From Leucoraja ocellata (Eukaryota): DNA of 64,000 nucleotides. The stretch is from NCBI GenBank assembly GCA_036785375.1, contig JAWMAR010000023.1, forward strand, positions 9,796,001 to 9,860,000, given 5' to 3'. Positions 1 through 13,094 of the stretch are shown piece by piece. The position numbers and the translations under genes were made by a program. The stretch's first letter is position 1. Each line of letters begins with the position of its first letter. Below the pieces are notes generated by a model. It had not been told where the DNA came from. It made no database searches and saw only the letters and a program-made list of their open reading frames with translations.

Positions 1-206
1 CAGAGGATTTAGTTAAGTTAGATGAGTATTTTTCATGCCACTTCTAGATTATGATGACCTCCACAATTTGAATTATTCCTATTATTATTCCCTACATTTA
101 TCAATTAATATATAAACTTAAATCTGTTTCAGTAATGGGAAGAACAAATTGGAGCATCTTCAGTTGGAGCAGTTCGAGATTCTATTCTAACTATTTAAAT
201 GGGTTA

Positions 207-320
207 CAAGTGATAAGAGAATTAGGCCATTCGGCCCATCAAATCTACTCCACCATTCAATCATGGCAGATTCATCTCTCCATCCTAACCCCATTTCCTG
301 CCTTCTCCCCATAACCTTGT
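207..320 (-). mobile_element. CR1-type LINE 3' end fragment
   Basis: Reverse complement of the 3' tail seen after the CR1 RT fragment at ~37600-37710 and at 33540-33670. Confidence 0.65.
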
Positions 321-551
321 ACTAATCAAAGAATTGTGAAACAAAAAATAACCTAAAACTGCCTAAATGTTGATACCCTTGGTATCAATTATACAGCACG
401 TGCACTAATTTAGTGACAACACTGATGTGCTATGGTCTGGTATTACCATGATGTAGGCAATACCATTTTCTCTATTGTGACACCACTAATTTCCCCATGT
501 ATTAACCAAAAGAACCCAAGACTGAACAGGTACTGAATGGAAGGCCTGTCT

Positions 552-820
552 GGGCGGCATAGTGGCGCAGCGGTAGAGTTGTTGCCTTGCAGCGCCAGAG
601 ACCTGGGTTCGATCCAGACTACAGATGCTGTATATATGGAGTTTGTAGGTTAACTCCAGGTGCTCCAGTTTTCTCCCACATTCCAAAGATGTACAGGTTT
701 ATAGGTTATTTGATTTCTGTAAATTGTCCCTAGTGCGTAGGATATAACTAATGTACAGGTGATTGCCTGTCCGTGCGGAGGTGAGTCGAAAGGTCTGTTT
801 CCATGCAGTACGTCTGAACT
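552..820 (+). mobile_element. tRNA-derived SINE (HE1/V-SINE-like)
   Basis: Pol III A box TGGCGCAGCGG and B box GGTTCGATCC, then body CTCCCACATTCCAAAGA...AAATTGTCCCTAGTG. Homologous to copies at 25.7 kb and 53.9 kb. Confidence 0.85.
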
Positions 821-3187
821 AGGTTTACTGCTCCACAAATTATGACGAGGAGAGCGAGTTAGCTTGAGTGATGACTGCACAAAAACCTGAAGAACTTGGG
901 AGTTGTATAGGCCTGTCAATGGGCAGGCACATGCACAATGTGCATGTTTATTCTGTGCTATTTCCACGAAATACAAGTGCATTCGAGGCTTTTCATCTTA
1001 GACCCAACATTCTTACACTGGCCTCAAACATATTGCAATCCTTTAGTATGAAGCACATTTGATATACCATTGCATATTAAAGGTTACAAATCTCCACAAA
1101 AAAAAACATTTTTGTTGGCTATTTACTTTAGATTAGAAGTTGTACAAGTCAAATAACAGTGACGCTCAAAGTACATTTGAATTAAATAAAAGTAATCAAT
1201 TATGCTTTAGGTTGAATTACATTTTAGAACTGGCAGAATGTACATGGGAGACAATGATAATTGGTTTTGTAAGCTAATGCATATGCAATCTGATGTCACT
1301 TGATCACAGAAGTATTATAAAGTAGCGACCTCATTTATTTCAATATTGGCTTGCTTCACTGCATCACAGTTAAACAGCAAAGAAATCAGAAAATCAAAGC
1401 AAATCGAACTGTTGGGTACCTTCTTCATAACTGCCATCAATAATATTGGATTTCTCTTTGTGGCCAGACTAGTGGGCTATTCTGCCATCACATTGTATTA
1501 CATGAATTAAGACATGCAAAATTTATAGGAAGGAAGCTGCTGAAAAAATTGATTGCAATCATCTAAAAGCAAAACACACTGCAGTTACTCATGTAGGTAA
1601 ATCCAAACATAACTGACAAACATACAACTTGTCCAACCTTGATGTTGATGAGCAGGGTTATGAGTTCAACCATCTGCCTGCTCTCATGATGTTACATGCA
1701 ACTATTCTTTGGAAACACTACAGGAGGGCCATGACCAATAAGACCGCAATGATTCAAGATCGCAACTCCTCCTCTCAAAGCCAGTGATGGATGGGGCTTA
1801 ATTGTTGACCGTGATGGAAACACAACTCATAATTAAGCACCGAAAAACTGAAATAGCCTCTCAATTTCCCTCAATATAGAAGAATTTTTTTTTTCTCAAA
1901 GAAAACCCATCTTCAAAGTACAACCTAAAAATACTTTATTATTTATTGGAATTAAATTAGTTTGTTATATTTTATTGTCACAAGTTTAAAAGTTCTTAAT
2001 AGTACACTAAATTGTTTAGTTTATCGACACTTGCAGGTCTGTTCCAGTTACTAGATCCCTCATATTTCTGCAATTTCACCATTGCGTGCAGAAAAATGCA
2101 ACTGACAAATGAAGTAATTACACAAAGGTAGCAGGAGCAGGTATCCTTCATGCAGCATACTGCATAATACAAATTGCAAGATTGAATTCTCAAAATAAAG
2201 AAGAGTTGGGTGTTCCGATTCTGCACATTTGGAATGCTACTGCAAATGAATTTAGGGCTCCTGGAAATAAATCAGAAACCTATTCTGAAAATGAAGCCTA
2301 CATCAATGTTACTAACTATGCTCAGTAACATTCATTTCTATATTGAATGACATTTGGTCGCCCAGAACTGCATACCATCAACACCTTTAGAAGACCAGGA
2401 ATGATGATTGGAAGAGGGGTCAAAGCAGTCCATTTCAAAATTTATCAAAAAATAGGACTGGGAATATCTTGAGAATTCCAAACTAATCAGCATAATTTAG
2501 TTTGCTACATGGACAAATTCCACTATACCACAAAGCAAATAATTCTTGAAGAGAGCAATAATTAAATGTTATTTCATTTTTAAATATGTGGGCCAATTTC
2601 ATTGCAAGCAAATTAATACTGCCAACTCAGAGGTTAATGTTACCGAACACTTTGTAAGAGTCTGGTGGAAGCCCCCACTGAAGCAGCCATTGCAAAGTGT
2701 AATTGAGGAGTGCATCAGTGAGTCTAGTCAGACTAGACCTGGTCAAGACAGCAGATTTCCTTCCCTGACAAAAACAATCTATTAGCTTCTGAAAAACTTG
2801 TTGTTAATATAGACCAATAGTCACAGGCCGTTTTCCCTTGTGCCTATTTTCATCCAGGAATGTCACAAGTAGATTTCACTTTGGGGGTAAGTTAAAAATA
2901 AGTAAATGTCAAATAATAGCATGCACAATTTAGATAATATGATACTTGAATCAAACAATGAAGGCAGCTGCAGCATCCTTGACTTTAGGGAAAATAAATC
3001 AGCACAAACACCAGCATGCCAACCAATGAATTGAGTTGGTAAACACATTCACAGGGATGTCGAGATCAATTCACCCATGAATAGCATACTGGCAACTTAA
3101 TAGAATGGCATTATAATGACTACAAGTAGAACATCAGGATTTTAAGAAAATCTGTTACCTTTAGGAGAATAAAACAAATGCTAAGAA

Positions 3188-4150
3188 TAGATGCAAAATG
3201 CTGGAATAACTCTGTGGGACAGGTAGCATCTCTGAAGAGAAAGAATGGGTGACGTTTCGGGTCGAGTCCCTTCTATTAAGTGTCTATCTTGTGTAAATCA
3301 GCATCTGCAGTTCCTTCCTATGCAAAACAAACGCTAAAATGTTTTCCCCAGGTTAACTTTGCAAGTGTGAATTCCTGGTGCATTCATGATCATATTTGGA
3401 TAAAAAAGTACTTTCATATATTCCACGTCACCAAATCAAGTAATGTGCATGTAGATAGGGGGAACTGCAGATGCTGGTTTAGAGAGAAAAAAAATCTGCC
3501 GAACTGCCCTTGTGTGTATATCCCTATTTAGTTCTGTTTTAACATATAGAGGATATTCAACTTGGCTAGCTTACAACCTAACAGTATGAACATTGAGTTC
3601 TCAAATTTTAGGTAACTCTCTTCACTGTGCCCCAGGACACGCAACCATTTCTCCATTAGCCCTCCACGTGCATTCCTTCCTCTGGCTTCTCAATTCGTAA
3701 TTCTACCCTTACCTCACCGCATTTGTCTTCTCATCTCTGACTTTTGCCCAACCCAACCACAATGGTCTTACCTATCACTCGGCAAGCAAACGAGCATCTG
3801 CAGTTTCTTGTTCCTTCAGTAAGAAACCCAGTTAAAGATACAAGTCAGTCATAGATGCTGCTGCACCCGCTGAGCTTCTCCAGGACTTTTGTCTACCCAG
3901 CTTTAGTTGTCTTGTTGTGTCTAATTGTCTGTGCTCGTTCTCACCTAGCCTGTTTCTTTTATCATTATTACTTTTTTGTCTATCTTTCATTCATTTGTTC
4001 TATATCTGCCTATGTTACCATCTATATCTCTTGTTTCCCTTTCCCCTACCTTTCAGTCTGAAGGGTCTCAACCCGAAACATCACGTATTCCTTTTCTCAA
4101 GAGATGCTGTCTGGCCTGCTGAGTTACTCTAGCTTTTTGTGTCTATCTTC
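3188..4150. mobile_element. Cluster of Penelope-like element terminal fragments
   Basis: Pieces of the recurring GCTGGAGTAACTC...GACGTTTCGGGTCGAG unit in both orientations, plus a degenerate endonuclease C-terminal segment (~3545-3620) resembling 32770-33440. Confidence 0.6.
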
Positions 4151-4544
4151 ATGTAATTCTGAGTTAGTTTCACCAGCATCTTCTTTTCCTACTTTCCCCA
4201 AAATGCCATGGGAAGAATGTTTGGTTTAAGACCTATTGTTTCAGTTAATTAAGCAGCATAATGCAATTGGAAAATACATCCATTATTGATATCACCGACT
4301 TCTGAAGAATACAAGGAACATTTTCCATCTTATTGAAATACAAAATTCTATGGGAGAATGACAAGCTTGATACTGATATGTATCCACCAGTGGAAAAATC
4401 TACAATAAGGGACCATAGTTAAAAGGGGTGGCCATTTAAAAACTAGATATGTAGGTTTTTTCCCCCACCAAGATAGTGAATGATTGAACAATTAAAGGTT
4501 GTTTTAAATTGGCACAGATGATGTCTGGGGCAGCCCAACCATGA

Positions 4545-5035
4545 ACTGTGGCAGGGCAGGCTTGAAATTCAAATTCCTGGGTGTGCATATTTCCAAAGAT
4601 CTTTCCTGGACCCAGCACACCAACACAATTATAAAGAAGGCACATCAGCGACTCTTTACTTCCTGAGAAGATTACGGAGATTTGGCATGTTGAAGAAGAT
4701 TCTCCTAAACTTCTACAGGTGCACGGTAGAGAGCATGGTTCGGCAACTTGAACGTCACACACTTATCTCACCATTGCCATCAGGAAGAAGGTACAGGAGC
4801 CTGAAAACTGTAATGTCCAGGTTCAGGAACAGCTTCTTCCCTACAGCCATCAGGCTATCAAACACAAAAATAAGCTCTGAACTGCAAAAGACTATATTGT
4901 TATTGCACTATATTTGTTATTTTTTCCCCCTCTTCCCCCGTTATGTACTATGTTTACATATTCACATATTTTGTTGCACTGCAGCAAGTAAGAATTTCAT
5001 TGTTCCATCCGGGACGTGTGACAATAAAATACTCT
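4545..5035 (+). mobile_element. LINE RT C-terminal/3' fragment (Rex1/Babar- or L2-like)
   Basis: FKFLGVHISKDLSWTQHTNTIIKKAHQR...LRRLRRFGM and PLPSGRRYRSLKT..SRFRNSFFPTAIRL motifs, with frameshifts. Confidence 0.75.
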
Positions 5036-7810
5036 TGATTGACCTACTTCTGCTCATATTTTCATTTGTTCGTCATAGAAACACATCTCTTTTTAATAAA
5101 GATCATCCATCCAGACAGAACAGTTGGATATCTAGCTATTTGAAGACCCATCTCGTCATCACACAGAGATCTTGGGAACATCAGAGATGTTCAAAAATAA
5201 CCGTGAAGGATTTCGAACATTATGCAAAATATAATTCACCAAAAATTAATGTGGTACATTTACATATTTACACATGGTATAAAATCACAATTGACAGCAA
5301 ACAAAGTCAGTTAGGAACAAGTACACATGGTTTCCACAACACAAAAGGGTAGTTGCTGAGAAACTACAAAAATACTGCTGGGAAGCAATTACTGGATTTG
5401 TTACAAAGCATCATTAAGTATACATGCAAATGAAACATAAAGCTCGGTTGCAGTTCTGTTTAAGACTGGCACAATCTCCCTATATATAAGCCTTTTAAAT
5501 GATGCAATCTGCACATGCTATTTCTTGTTTTTTTTAAAAGGGATAATTTACAGATTAATAAAAGGACAATACAAAAGGTGGAAAAGAACAGTAGTTCACC
5601 AAGGGATGTAAAACTGTAAGCATGTGAAAGCTACAAAAGGCAATTTGGGGTTATCACTACGAATAATAAAGCAAAATGCAAGTCATACACAGGAAACTCC
5701 ACGAAATTCTTTCAAATTTGCCGTGTTGTGTATTTAATGGAAGTGCTCAGGTTACAAGATTATTGCCAACTTTCGCAAATAAAAAACTGCAGGGGTGGAC
5801 CATTTGGCCCCTCCTGTCAATTCCAGAATTCAATTAGTTCACAGTTGATCTTTTCAGCACGAATGTCTAATCCCGTGATTCTCCCAATATCTGAAATTCT
5901 CGACACAAAGATTTATAAAGGTTTAATAATGATGAGAACCAATATTTGAATCTCAAAATAGTTTTTTCCAGCGTACGTTAGGTCTACCATAGATAATTCA
6001 GAGAAAAACACTTCAGAATAATGCCGTCCTCCCTGTAGTCTTTGCAGATGGCGTCCAGTAGGGAGTTTTCTAAAAATACTTGCGACCAAAACGAACACTA
6101 ATGTCAAGCACACTGAATACCGCGCAGAAAAGGAGCTCGATCATATTTCATTTGTAAGTTTCTCAATAATTGTTGATTGGCAACAAATAAACAGAACATA
6201 CGACATTCAAAGCTCTACAGTGATTAGAACACGCACCACCCCTCTCGTTAGTTCAGCTTTTATATTGCCACTGAATATACTGCGTGTCATGAGACAAAAG
6301 GCAATCTTGAGTAAAGGGCTTGTGTGTGCTGATTGCATAACTCAATACATAATTGCCACCTTTGAGAAGAAAGCTTGAGTCATCTACTTTCAGTCTGTCC
6401 ATCTCTCCCCACCCTGGTATCTTGCACCATAGAATTTCACGCCCAGGGCCAACGGCAAAGAAATATAACCTTGATCCTTGATTAATAAATCCAGAGACCC
6501 AGCAATAAACCTTTTACAACCAAGATTCATTTCAGGCCCAGCTTTGTAATATGCAATTAATTTCCAACATGTCGAAATACATGAGATATAATTAAGACAT
6601 TACCCAACAAGAAAAAAACATGTGCCCGTCGAAATGGGTTTCTTGAAACCGCCAGAATTTGGCTATTGCACCATTTTCTCTTTTTTTTTTTGTTTGACAC
6701 ATCAACTGGATTCACAGTTCGCAATTTCAATCAGCATTTTAAAACGTAACCCCATAGCAGCTACTCGCCAGAAAACCAGCCTTAACATTATCCCTCCAAC
6801 CCCAAATGAGATTTCTGGAAACGCTTAAGTGATTTTTTTTTGTGTCTCAAATTTACAGCAAAATCGTGAGAAACATGTGACCCATCAGGCTTTTGTCAGT
6901 GCTTGTTTTTGTCAATGTATGTTTGAATGGTGACGTGATGCTTAAATACAAAATTTAATTAAAAAATATATTTTATACTGGTGTCCTTTCTGAAACACTT
7001 ACTGTATTGTGGCATCACTACCCAAACTGTTGTCCTTTCCCCAAGAGAATTCTTTCCTTCTCTCCAACCCGATATAAATGTAACATATCCTAATTTTAGC
7101 GATCTTGGAACAGTTGACCAAGTGTAGGTTGGACGCAAAGCCAGTTTTGTTTTAATTTAGTGCAATGACTAAACGAAATGGCATCTTCCAAGAGAGATCA
7201 CGTTTTTTTTTTGTTTAAAAGATGGCATAGGACCGTGAGTGCTTGTTATTCCACTATTTTTAAGCCACAAAGTAGTCTACATCTCTGGTGTTCCAGCAGC
7301 TCTCTCTCCTTCTCCCTGCTGGGGCAGAGGACGGGCTGCCACAAAATGGCGGACTCTCCAGAACTTTCCATCGCCTTAAAATGGCGCCCGAGTGGAACAA
7401 GGAGAGGGGGGGTGGGGGGGGAGGGACAAAGGGCTGAGCATGGACGCCACCAACACGCCGCAGTTTTCTGACAAAGCTATTGGTATCGAGCTTTTGCTTT
7501 TTTTTTTCTCGAAGGTTGTATTTCCTCATTTCGGTGATCCAAACAAAAAAATCTTCCCATAATCGTTCAAAGCGTCCAGAATTATAGTGTGAGTCGAAGG
7601 AGGCGCTTATACACACGGGTTTTAAAAAATATATAAAACGTCTATTCTTTTAAAGGATGAAATAAATAGAGGTATCCCTGGAATTGCGCTCTCAAAAGAG
7701 TTCCTCTCTATTCGCCGTGCTCCTGCACCGACGGCTGCAGCCCTTCCAGAACTTTCCTCCCAGTCACTGTGGCGAGTTGGACCAGCGCGACTCGGCACAC
7801 TCCCAGCCTC

Positions 7811-8180
7811 TGCGCACGCGCACTTCTCACTCGCGTCGAGCACTGGGGGGGAGGGGAGGAGGCTGCACATTCCGCGCACGCGCACTTCTCACTCGCGTCG
7901 AGCGCTGGGGGGGAGGGGAGGAGGCTGCACATTCCGCGCACGCGCACTTCTCACTCGCGCCAAGCGCTGGGGGGGAGGGGAGGAGGCTGCACATTCCGCG
8001 CACGCGTACTTCTCACTCGCGTCGAGGGCTCGGTCGGTGGGTGGTGGGGGGGAGGGGCTGTTTATTCCGCGCACGCGTATTTACTACTCTGGGAGGGGGG
8101 GAGGGAAGAAGGGCTGCACGTACCGCGCATGCGGCCGCGGCCGGCCTGCCCCAGGCGGCACATTCCGCGCACGCGCAGTC
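7811..8180. repeat. GC-rich promoter minisatellite, 62-bp unit (about 4 good copies plus 3 degenerate)
   Basis: GCGCAYGCG core recurs at 7812, 7874, 7936, 7998 (exact 62-bp period), then at 8069, 8125, 8167. Confidence 0.9.
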
Positions 8181-8480
8181 GCCCGTGCTGACGGGGGGGA
8201 GGGGGCGGGGTGGGAGCGGGAGACCGGCGGGGGCGGTGCGTCGCAGACGCAGGCGCAGTGGCGGTACATTCCCCCCCTGTCGGCTGGGAAGCTGACGGTG
8301 GATTTTCCGCGCGTGCGCGCTGCGGCGCGGAGCCGAAAGCGAACCCGGGGCATCGTGGCGCTTGCGCGCCCGCCCGCCCGCCGTGGAGGATTCGGCGCGT
8401 GCGCGGTGGGGCGAAGCCTCGGGTCTCGGGACGGACTGTTAGCGTCTCGAGGAAAAAAAAACCGCGTCAGGTCGGGCGGC

Positions 8481-8549
8481 CGAACGAACGAACGAACGAA
8501 GGAAGGAAGGAAGGCGGGCGAAAACGACAGAGAGAGAGAGAGTGTGTGC
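8481..8549. repeat. Compound microsatellite (CGAA)n(GGAA)n and (GA)n(GT)n in the probable 5' UTR
   Basis: Directly visible. Confidence 0.85.
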
Positions 8550-8674
8550 GTTAACCTCATGGTGGGATTTTACCTCACGGATTAACCCCCGGCCTCGGGG
8601 GCCGACAGACGCCAACAACCACCACCCCCCTCCGCCGATCCCAGACATTCACACAGTCCTATGACTCGCTAAGG

Positions 8675-8757
8675 ATGGTACGAGAAACCAGGCACCTCTG
8701 GGTGGGGAATTTGCCGGAAAATGTCCGCGAAGACAAGATTATCGAACATTTTAAACG
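8675..8757 (+). CDS. SPEN: SPEN coding exon 1 (start codon; N-terminal part of RRM1)
   Basis: Translates to MVRETRHLWVGNLPENVREDKIIEHFK(R), the vertebrate SPEN N-terminus. ATG in AGGATGG context; donor CG|gtaaga; 83 nt, phase 2. Confidence 0.97.
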
Positions 8758-11544
8758 GTAAGAAATGAAGTCAAAAGACTCTTCGGTGTGTGGGAAGGAG
8801 CCCGGCCTCCAGCTTGCTTGGGATGAACTGGAACCGGAGAAAGTGGCCGGTTGTCTTGCTGCAGCTGTGTGAGTGAGATCGGGACACACACACACACGCT
8901 GCTGGTTAAGTTCACATCCTTCACTCCGCTAGTAAAAGGGGTCACAGGCGGCCCTACGGTATTCCTATTGTTGTGTAGCAATGCCACAATCTCGGGCAAA
9001 CTGCTCACTCACTGGTGTCAGTCACCCCAACAGCTTTTGAGCCTCTCCATTCCACAGGGAAGAAAGATCGTCCACTCGAAATGGGACACAAACACGTTTT
9101 CTCTCTTTTGTTTTGTTATTCTAGCCCGTGACTTAGCTAAATGGCGATTGCGTGATTTTCAAAGCATCGCGTTTGCAAATGAAGTCAAGTTAGTGTTGGA
9201 TGTGTGAATAGTTTGGGGAAGCTCCAGCCCCATGAGAGGGGAGGGATGTGAAGGTCTGACTATGTTTTAGACACATGGGAGCTGTAATGGAGGCCAGGGC
9301 TGTCTGTGGGAAACGGGACTGGGGGAAGGGTGTCCAACACAACACAACACATTTGCTGATAGCAAAGGTCCTAACTGGCGCTTATCTGCGATCAGAAACT
9401 GTTTGACCCTGCATAGTAGAAAATAAACTTACAGGCTCACGATACACTTCTGTGAGCAGGAAATATGTGCAACATGTCATTGTAATTGCTTTTAATTTTA
9501 AAAATAACGATTTGATGTGAAGATTTAGGTACCTTGCTTTAAATAGCTTCTAGAAAAGAGGCAGCGATCGAGTTGCAATTAGTTAAAGGTTCGAAATTGT
9601 TCGCCCTATAGTGAAGAATTGGAATTTGGAAACTACCTAATGTATTGTACAAAGCATGGTTACGTTGTGGAAGCTGGTTGCAAGTGGGCATACTGTTTGT
9701 GTCTAACTTCAATTGTTATGTGTTCAACGGTGTTGTTGATGTGAAAGGAAATGATAAAATTGGGATACTGAGCGTAGCGTGAGTAAAATGGCGGATCCCA
9801 TTCTCGGCATCAAACCTCACGTTTGTCATTTGAAACATGTACTTTGTCGGAGGATGTGTAGTAAAATCTAATCTCCCACATTGTGTATGATTCTGTGATT
9901 TCCATATATGTAATAAAGTGTTTTGGGAAACATTATGCGTTAAAGATGCAGTATCTGCGTCTTTGATCTGAATTACATTAATTTTAATACAAAGGCATGT
10001 CCGATCTATTGGAAGATTTATCACAACTATTGAAGTACAGAAGCTATGTCAATTGAGGTTATTATTTAAAAAAAATGCGAAAAGGCCCGTCAGTTAATTT
10101 TAGGGAAACATATTTATGAATTCCAAGGTGCATTAGTGATTTAACTCTGACTTCTTTGTTTTAATAAATGAACCTGTTAATTAACCTTCCAGGTTTGTAA
10201 CAATCCATGGAAGATCTCGAGCAACCTAGTTGACTTGATTTGCACCGTTTCGACCTCGTGTTTAAAATGCTGCACCTGTCTTGAAAATCATTACCTTTAT
10301 TGACGATTTATGTTGTCAAAAATAAAAGAAAAACCAAGGGTTTGGGCCAAAATGCAGACGGCATTGTTCTAACACCTCTAGGTTTCGCTTCTTGTCAGGC
10401 GTAGATATTGAGTAGGAATCAGTACTTGAAAGTGATGTGTACGATGGAAAACAAATGTTAGCAAGGGGATCCATTATATTTTGGCAGCGTTCCGTGTTTT
10501 GATAAAGGATTTTGGTAAGAAACTTCTATATTTTGGGTTGATGGTGAAGTTGCCCAGTTACAGTTGCTTGGTGATTTATTCAAAGGCTATTAGATTGTCA
10601 GTCTTAAATTAGATCTAGTTACTGGTTTACATCTAACAGTATAGTTTGTGGAAAATCTTATATTAAGTACATAGATCATTGTACATGATCACAGTGAAGA
10701 CAAACTTCATTTTTAGTTCCCATTTATAACCATACAAATCCAACCAAATATTACAATCATTTGTTTGATTTTTTTTTTAGGGACATGAACATATTTTGGT
10801 GCCTTTTTCCAGTCCAAAACCCCCCTAAAATTAAAAACATTTTGAATATGCATTTAATTGGCATAATGGTTACAAGCACTGAAATCGGTTACGGTTTGCA
10901 GAATCTGCTGTCTATATTTATATTTAATTATAGAAGAGCCTTGTATTTCTGGTATAACAGTCTGAAATGCAAATAAGCTAGTTCCCACCCCTCCCCCACC
11001 GGAGAACGCGAGAAACGCGTAAGGGGGAGGGTGCAAAAGGTTTCAGATAGAAACGAGCTGGAACAGGGGAAACATACAAAAAAACCTGTGGATTGTGAAA
11101 CAAAGCTTTTGCTAATTCACGCTGTTTCGATATTTGGTGCATTTAATATTTATATTTCATAACAGCAGGGAGAATTATTAGGAAATCATTAGCTTAAATT
11201 GAATCTATGTTAGATCGGTGCGTTTTTCTTCCCTCGTACACCCCAGAGTATAATTAGAATATAGTAAAAAGTGTAAGTAAAGCGGGCGATGTCAGCAAGG
11301 ATGGTCTGGATGCTTTCTCCAGCGAAAAGAAGATCTGGCATTAACATTTCAAATCGTTTAAATGTTCTTGGACACAGCAGTGTTGTCATATTTTTGGGTG
11401 TGTAAACAGTGTGGACTATGATGAGGGCGTGGTCTCCTTGTGATCTGCTTTATTTTGCCAAAATAAGCCAACGTAGTTAACTAAGACTCAATTGTAGTAG
11501 CCGTCTAATTGGAACAACTAAAAGCTCACGCCCCTCCCCTGACA

Positions 11545-11642
11545 TCAGTCTGAAGAAGGGTGTCGACCCGAAACGTCACCCATTCCTTCTCTCCAGAGAT
11601 GCTACTTGACCCACTGAGTTACTCCAGCATTTTGTGTCTAAT
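11545..11642 (+). mobile_element. Penelope-derived short repeat with hammerhead-like core
   Basis: CTGAAGA-AGGGT-GTCG-ACCC-GAAAC-GTC followed by CCTTCTCTCCAGAGATGCT...GAGTTACTCCAGCATTTTGTGTCT. Confidence 0.7.
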
Positions 11643-13094
11643 TGGAACAATTATTGTTTAGGCCTCAGGATATTTAACATTTTTTGAGAAATGTTACCAA
11701 TCGGTTGTAATACACTGTCCCATTTGAATTCTGGCTAGTTTGTATCCACGATTTAAAAACAAAAGCATTTTCTTGTCATAAATAAATGACAGACTATAGT
11801 CCATTTAAATAATACTGAATTATTTTGCCAGTAAGCTATAGAATGAATTTTGTTTCTAATCAAATGTGGGCCAATAACTTAAACTTAGTCTTCCAGACCA
11901 TTCCCCTTATAGGGTCAGTTGTTTTCACTGACATGGGAAATATCAGATTTATCCTGAAATCTGTAAAACTTGTCATGTATAAATTTAATGTCGCATTCAG
12001 TATTGATCTGTGCTGCTTCCTGAGTTCACTTCAGAAGATTAATGTAAATTATGTCATATGTCAAGCTCTTGACATTGCTGCAGAATCATCCCATGCTCCA
12101 CCCTATTTCCAAGACACATATCTACTGTTTGCCAAAAACTGGCCTATTTTCTGAGATCCACTAAAAAGTTGTGAGGTTACAGGTTCATGTACAGTTTCTG
12201 GAAGTGTCATAATATAACAAGATCTTTCTATTTTAATTTCATTTAAGTAACAATGTTCAGGCTGATGTTGGAGTTAAATTCAAATCGGACATTTTCCATT
12301 CATAGTAGTTGTAGTACTGATCCATTGTATATTTTCTTGTAATACAATTAAGTAAATTACACACAGGATGGTGGAATGACAGATTTGGCTTTGACATTGC
12401 GTGGCTAGCAGTTAAAAGATGAATAATGAATCCTAACTTTTTGTCCAAAATTTCTGGCTCCCAACTATCCGTTGAGGTTTCATAGCACAATATTCAACAA
12501 AAGCGGCAGCTGCTCCCTGGCTGCTGTGTCTGTGTGAGAGCTTTTGGTTTCATATGCAAAGAGGAAAAATCTTTTTCATTAATGCAAGAGAATTACTCTT
12601 ACAACACTATCAGTATTAATTGAAGTATAATCATTTGAAAATTATAAATATATTAACTTTGAGTTAGTACAAGGATAATATTCTACAGTGAGGTCAAGCC
12701 ATGTTGTGGGACCTGAGGCAAAAGTGTAGGCTGACGTCTTAGTGAAAGGGGAATACAGCTGTATGTGGAATGGGCCTAGCTGGGCACCTCCCCGTCTGAG
12801 GTCATTTGTTGCCAGCCCGGATTGGTCCTGGTCTTTTCTCCAGTTCTTCACCCCCCTATGTTCAGTCTGAATAAGGGTCCCGGAAACATCGCCGATCCTT
12901 TTCCTCCAGCGATGCTGCCTGACCCGCTGAGTTACTCCAGCACTTTGTATCTATATTAAATCAAAGCCTGACCCTCTAATCACCTTGTAAAATATCCTGT
13001 TGTTTTGAAAAATAAAGGGTGTTCTCGGTGGCTGATGTTGCCACACAAACTAATTGATCATTTTTGATATTGTGGGTCATATCATATTATGATA

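Larger units (their letters stand above)
7300..9200. promoter_or_regulatory. CpG island / SPEN promoter and 5' UTR region
   Basis: Sharp rise in GC and CpG density over an AT-rich background, spanning exon 1. Contains YY1-like AAAATGGCG, GC boxes and GCGCAYGCGC motifs. The TSS cannot be placed from sequence alone. Confidence 0.85.

Noticed and set aside
552-625. tRNA-like A and B boxes
   Set aside because: This is the head of a SINE; it continues into a body shared with other copies and has no complete cloverleaf.
4687-5352. 221-aa ORF upstream of SPEN
   Set aside because: The N-terminal part is LINE-derived and the rest is read-through into non-coding DNA.
7811-8180. Regularly spaced repeats resembling a CRISPR array
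   Set aside because: Whole units are duplicated with no unique spacers, there are no cas genes, and the context is a vertebrate gene.
7622-8648. Overlapping ORFs of up to 203 aa around the promoter
   Set aside because: By-products of the CpG island and 62-bp minisatellite; repetitive translations in several frames.
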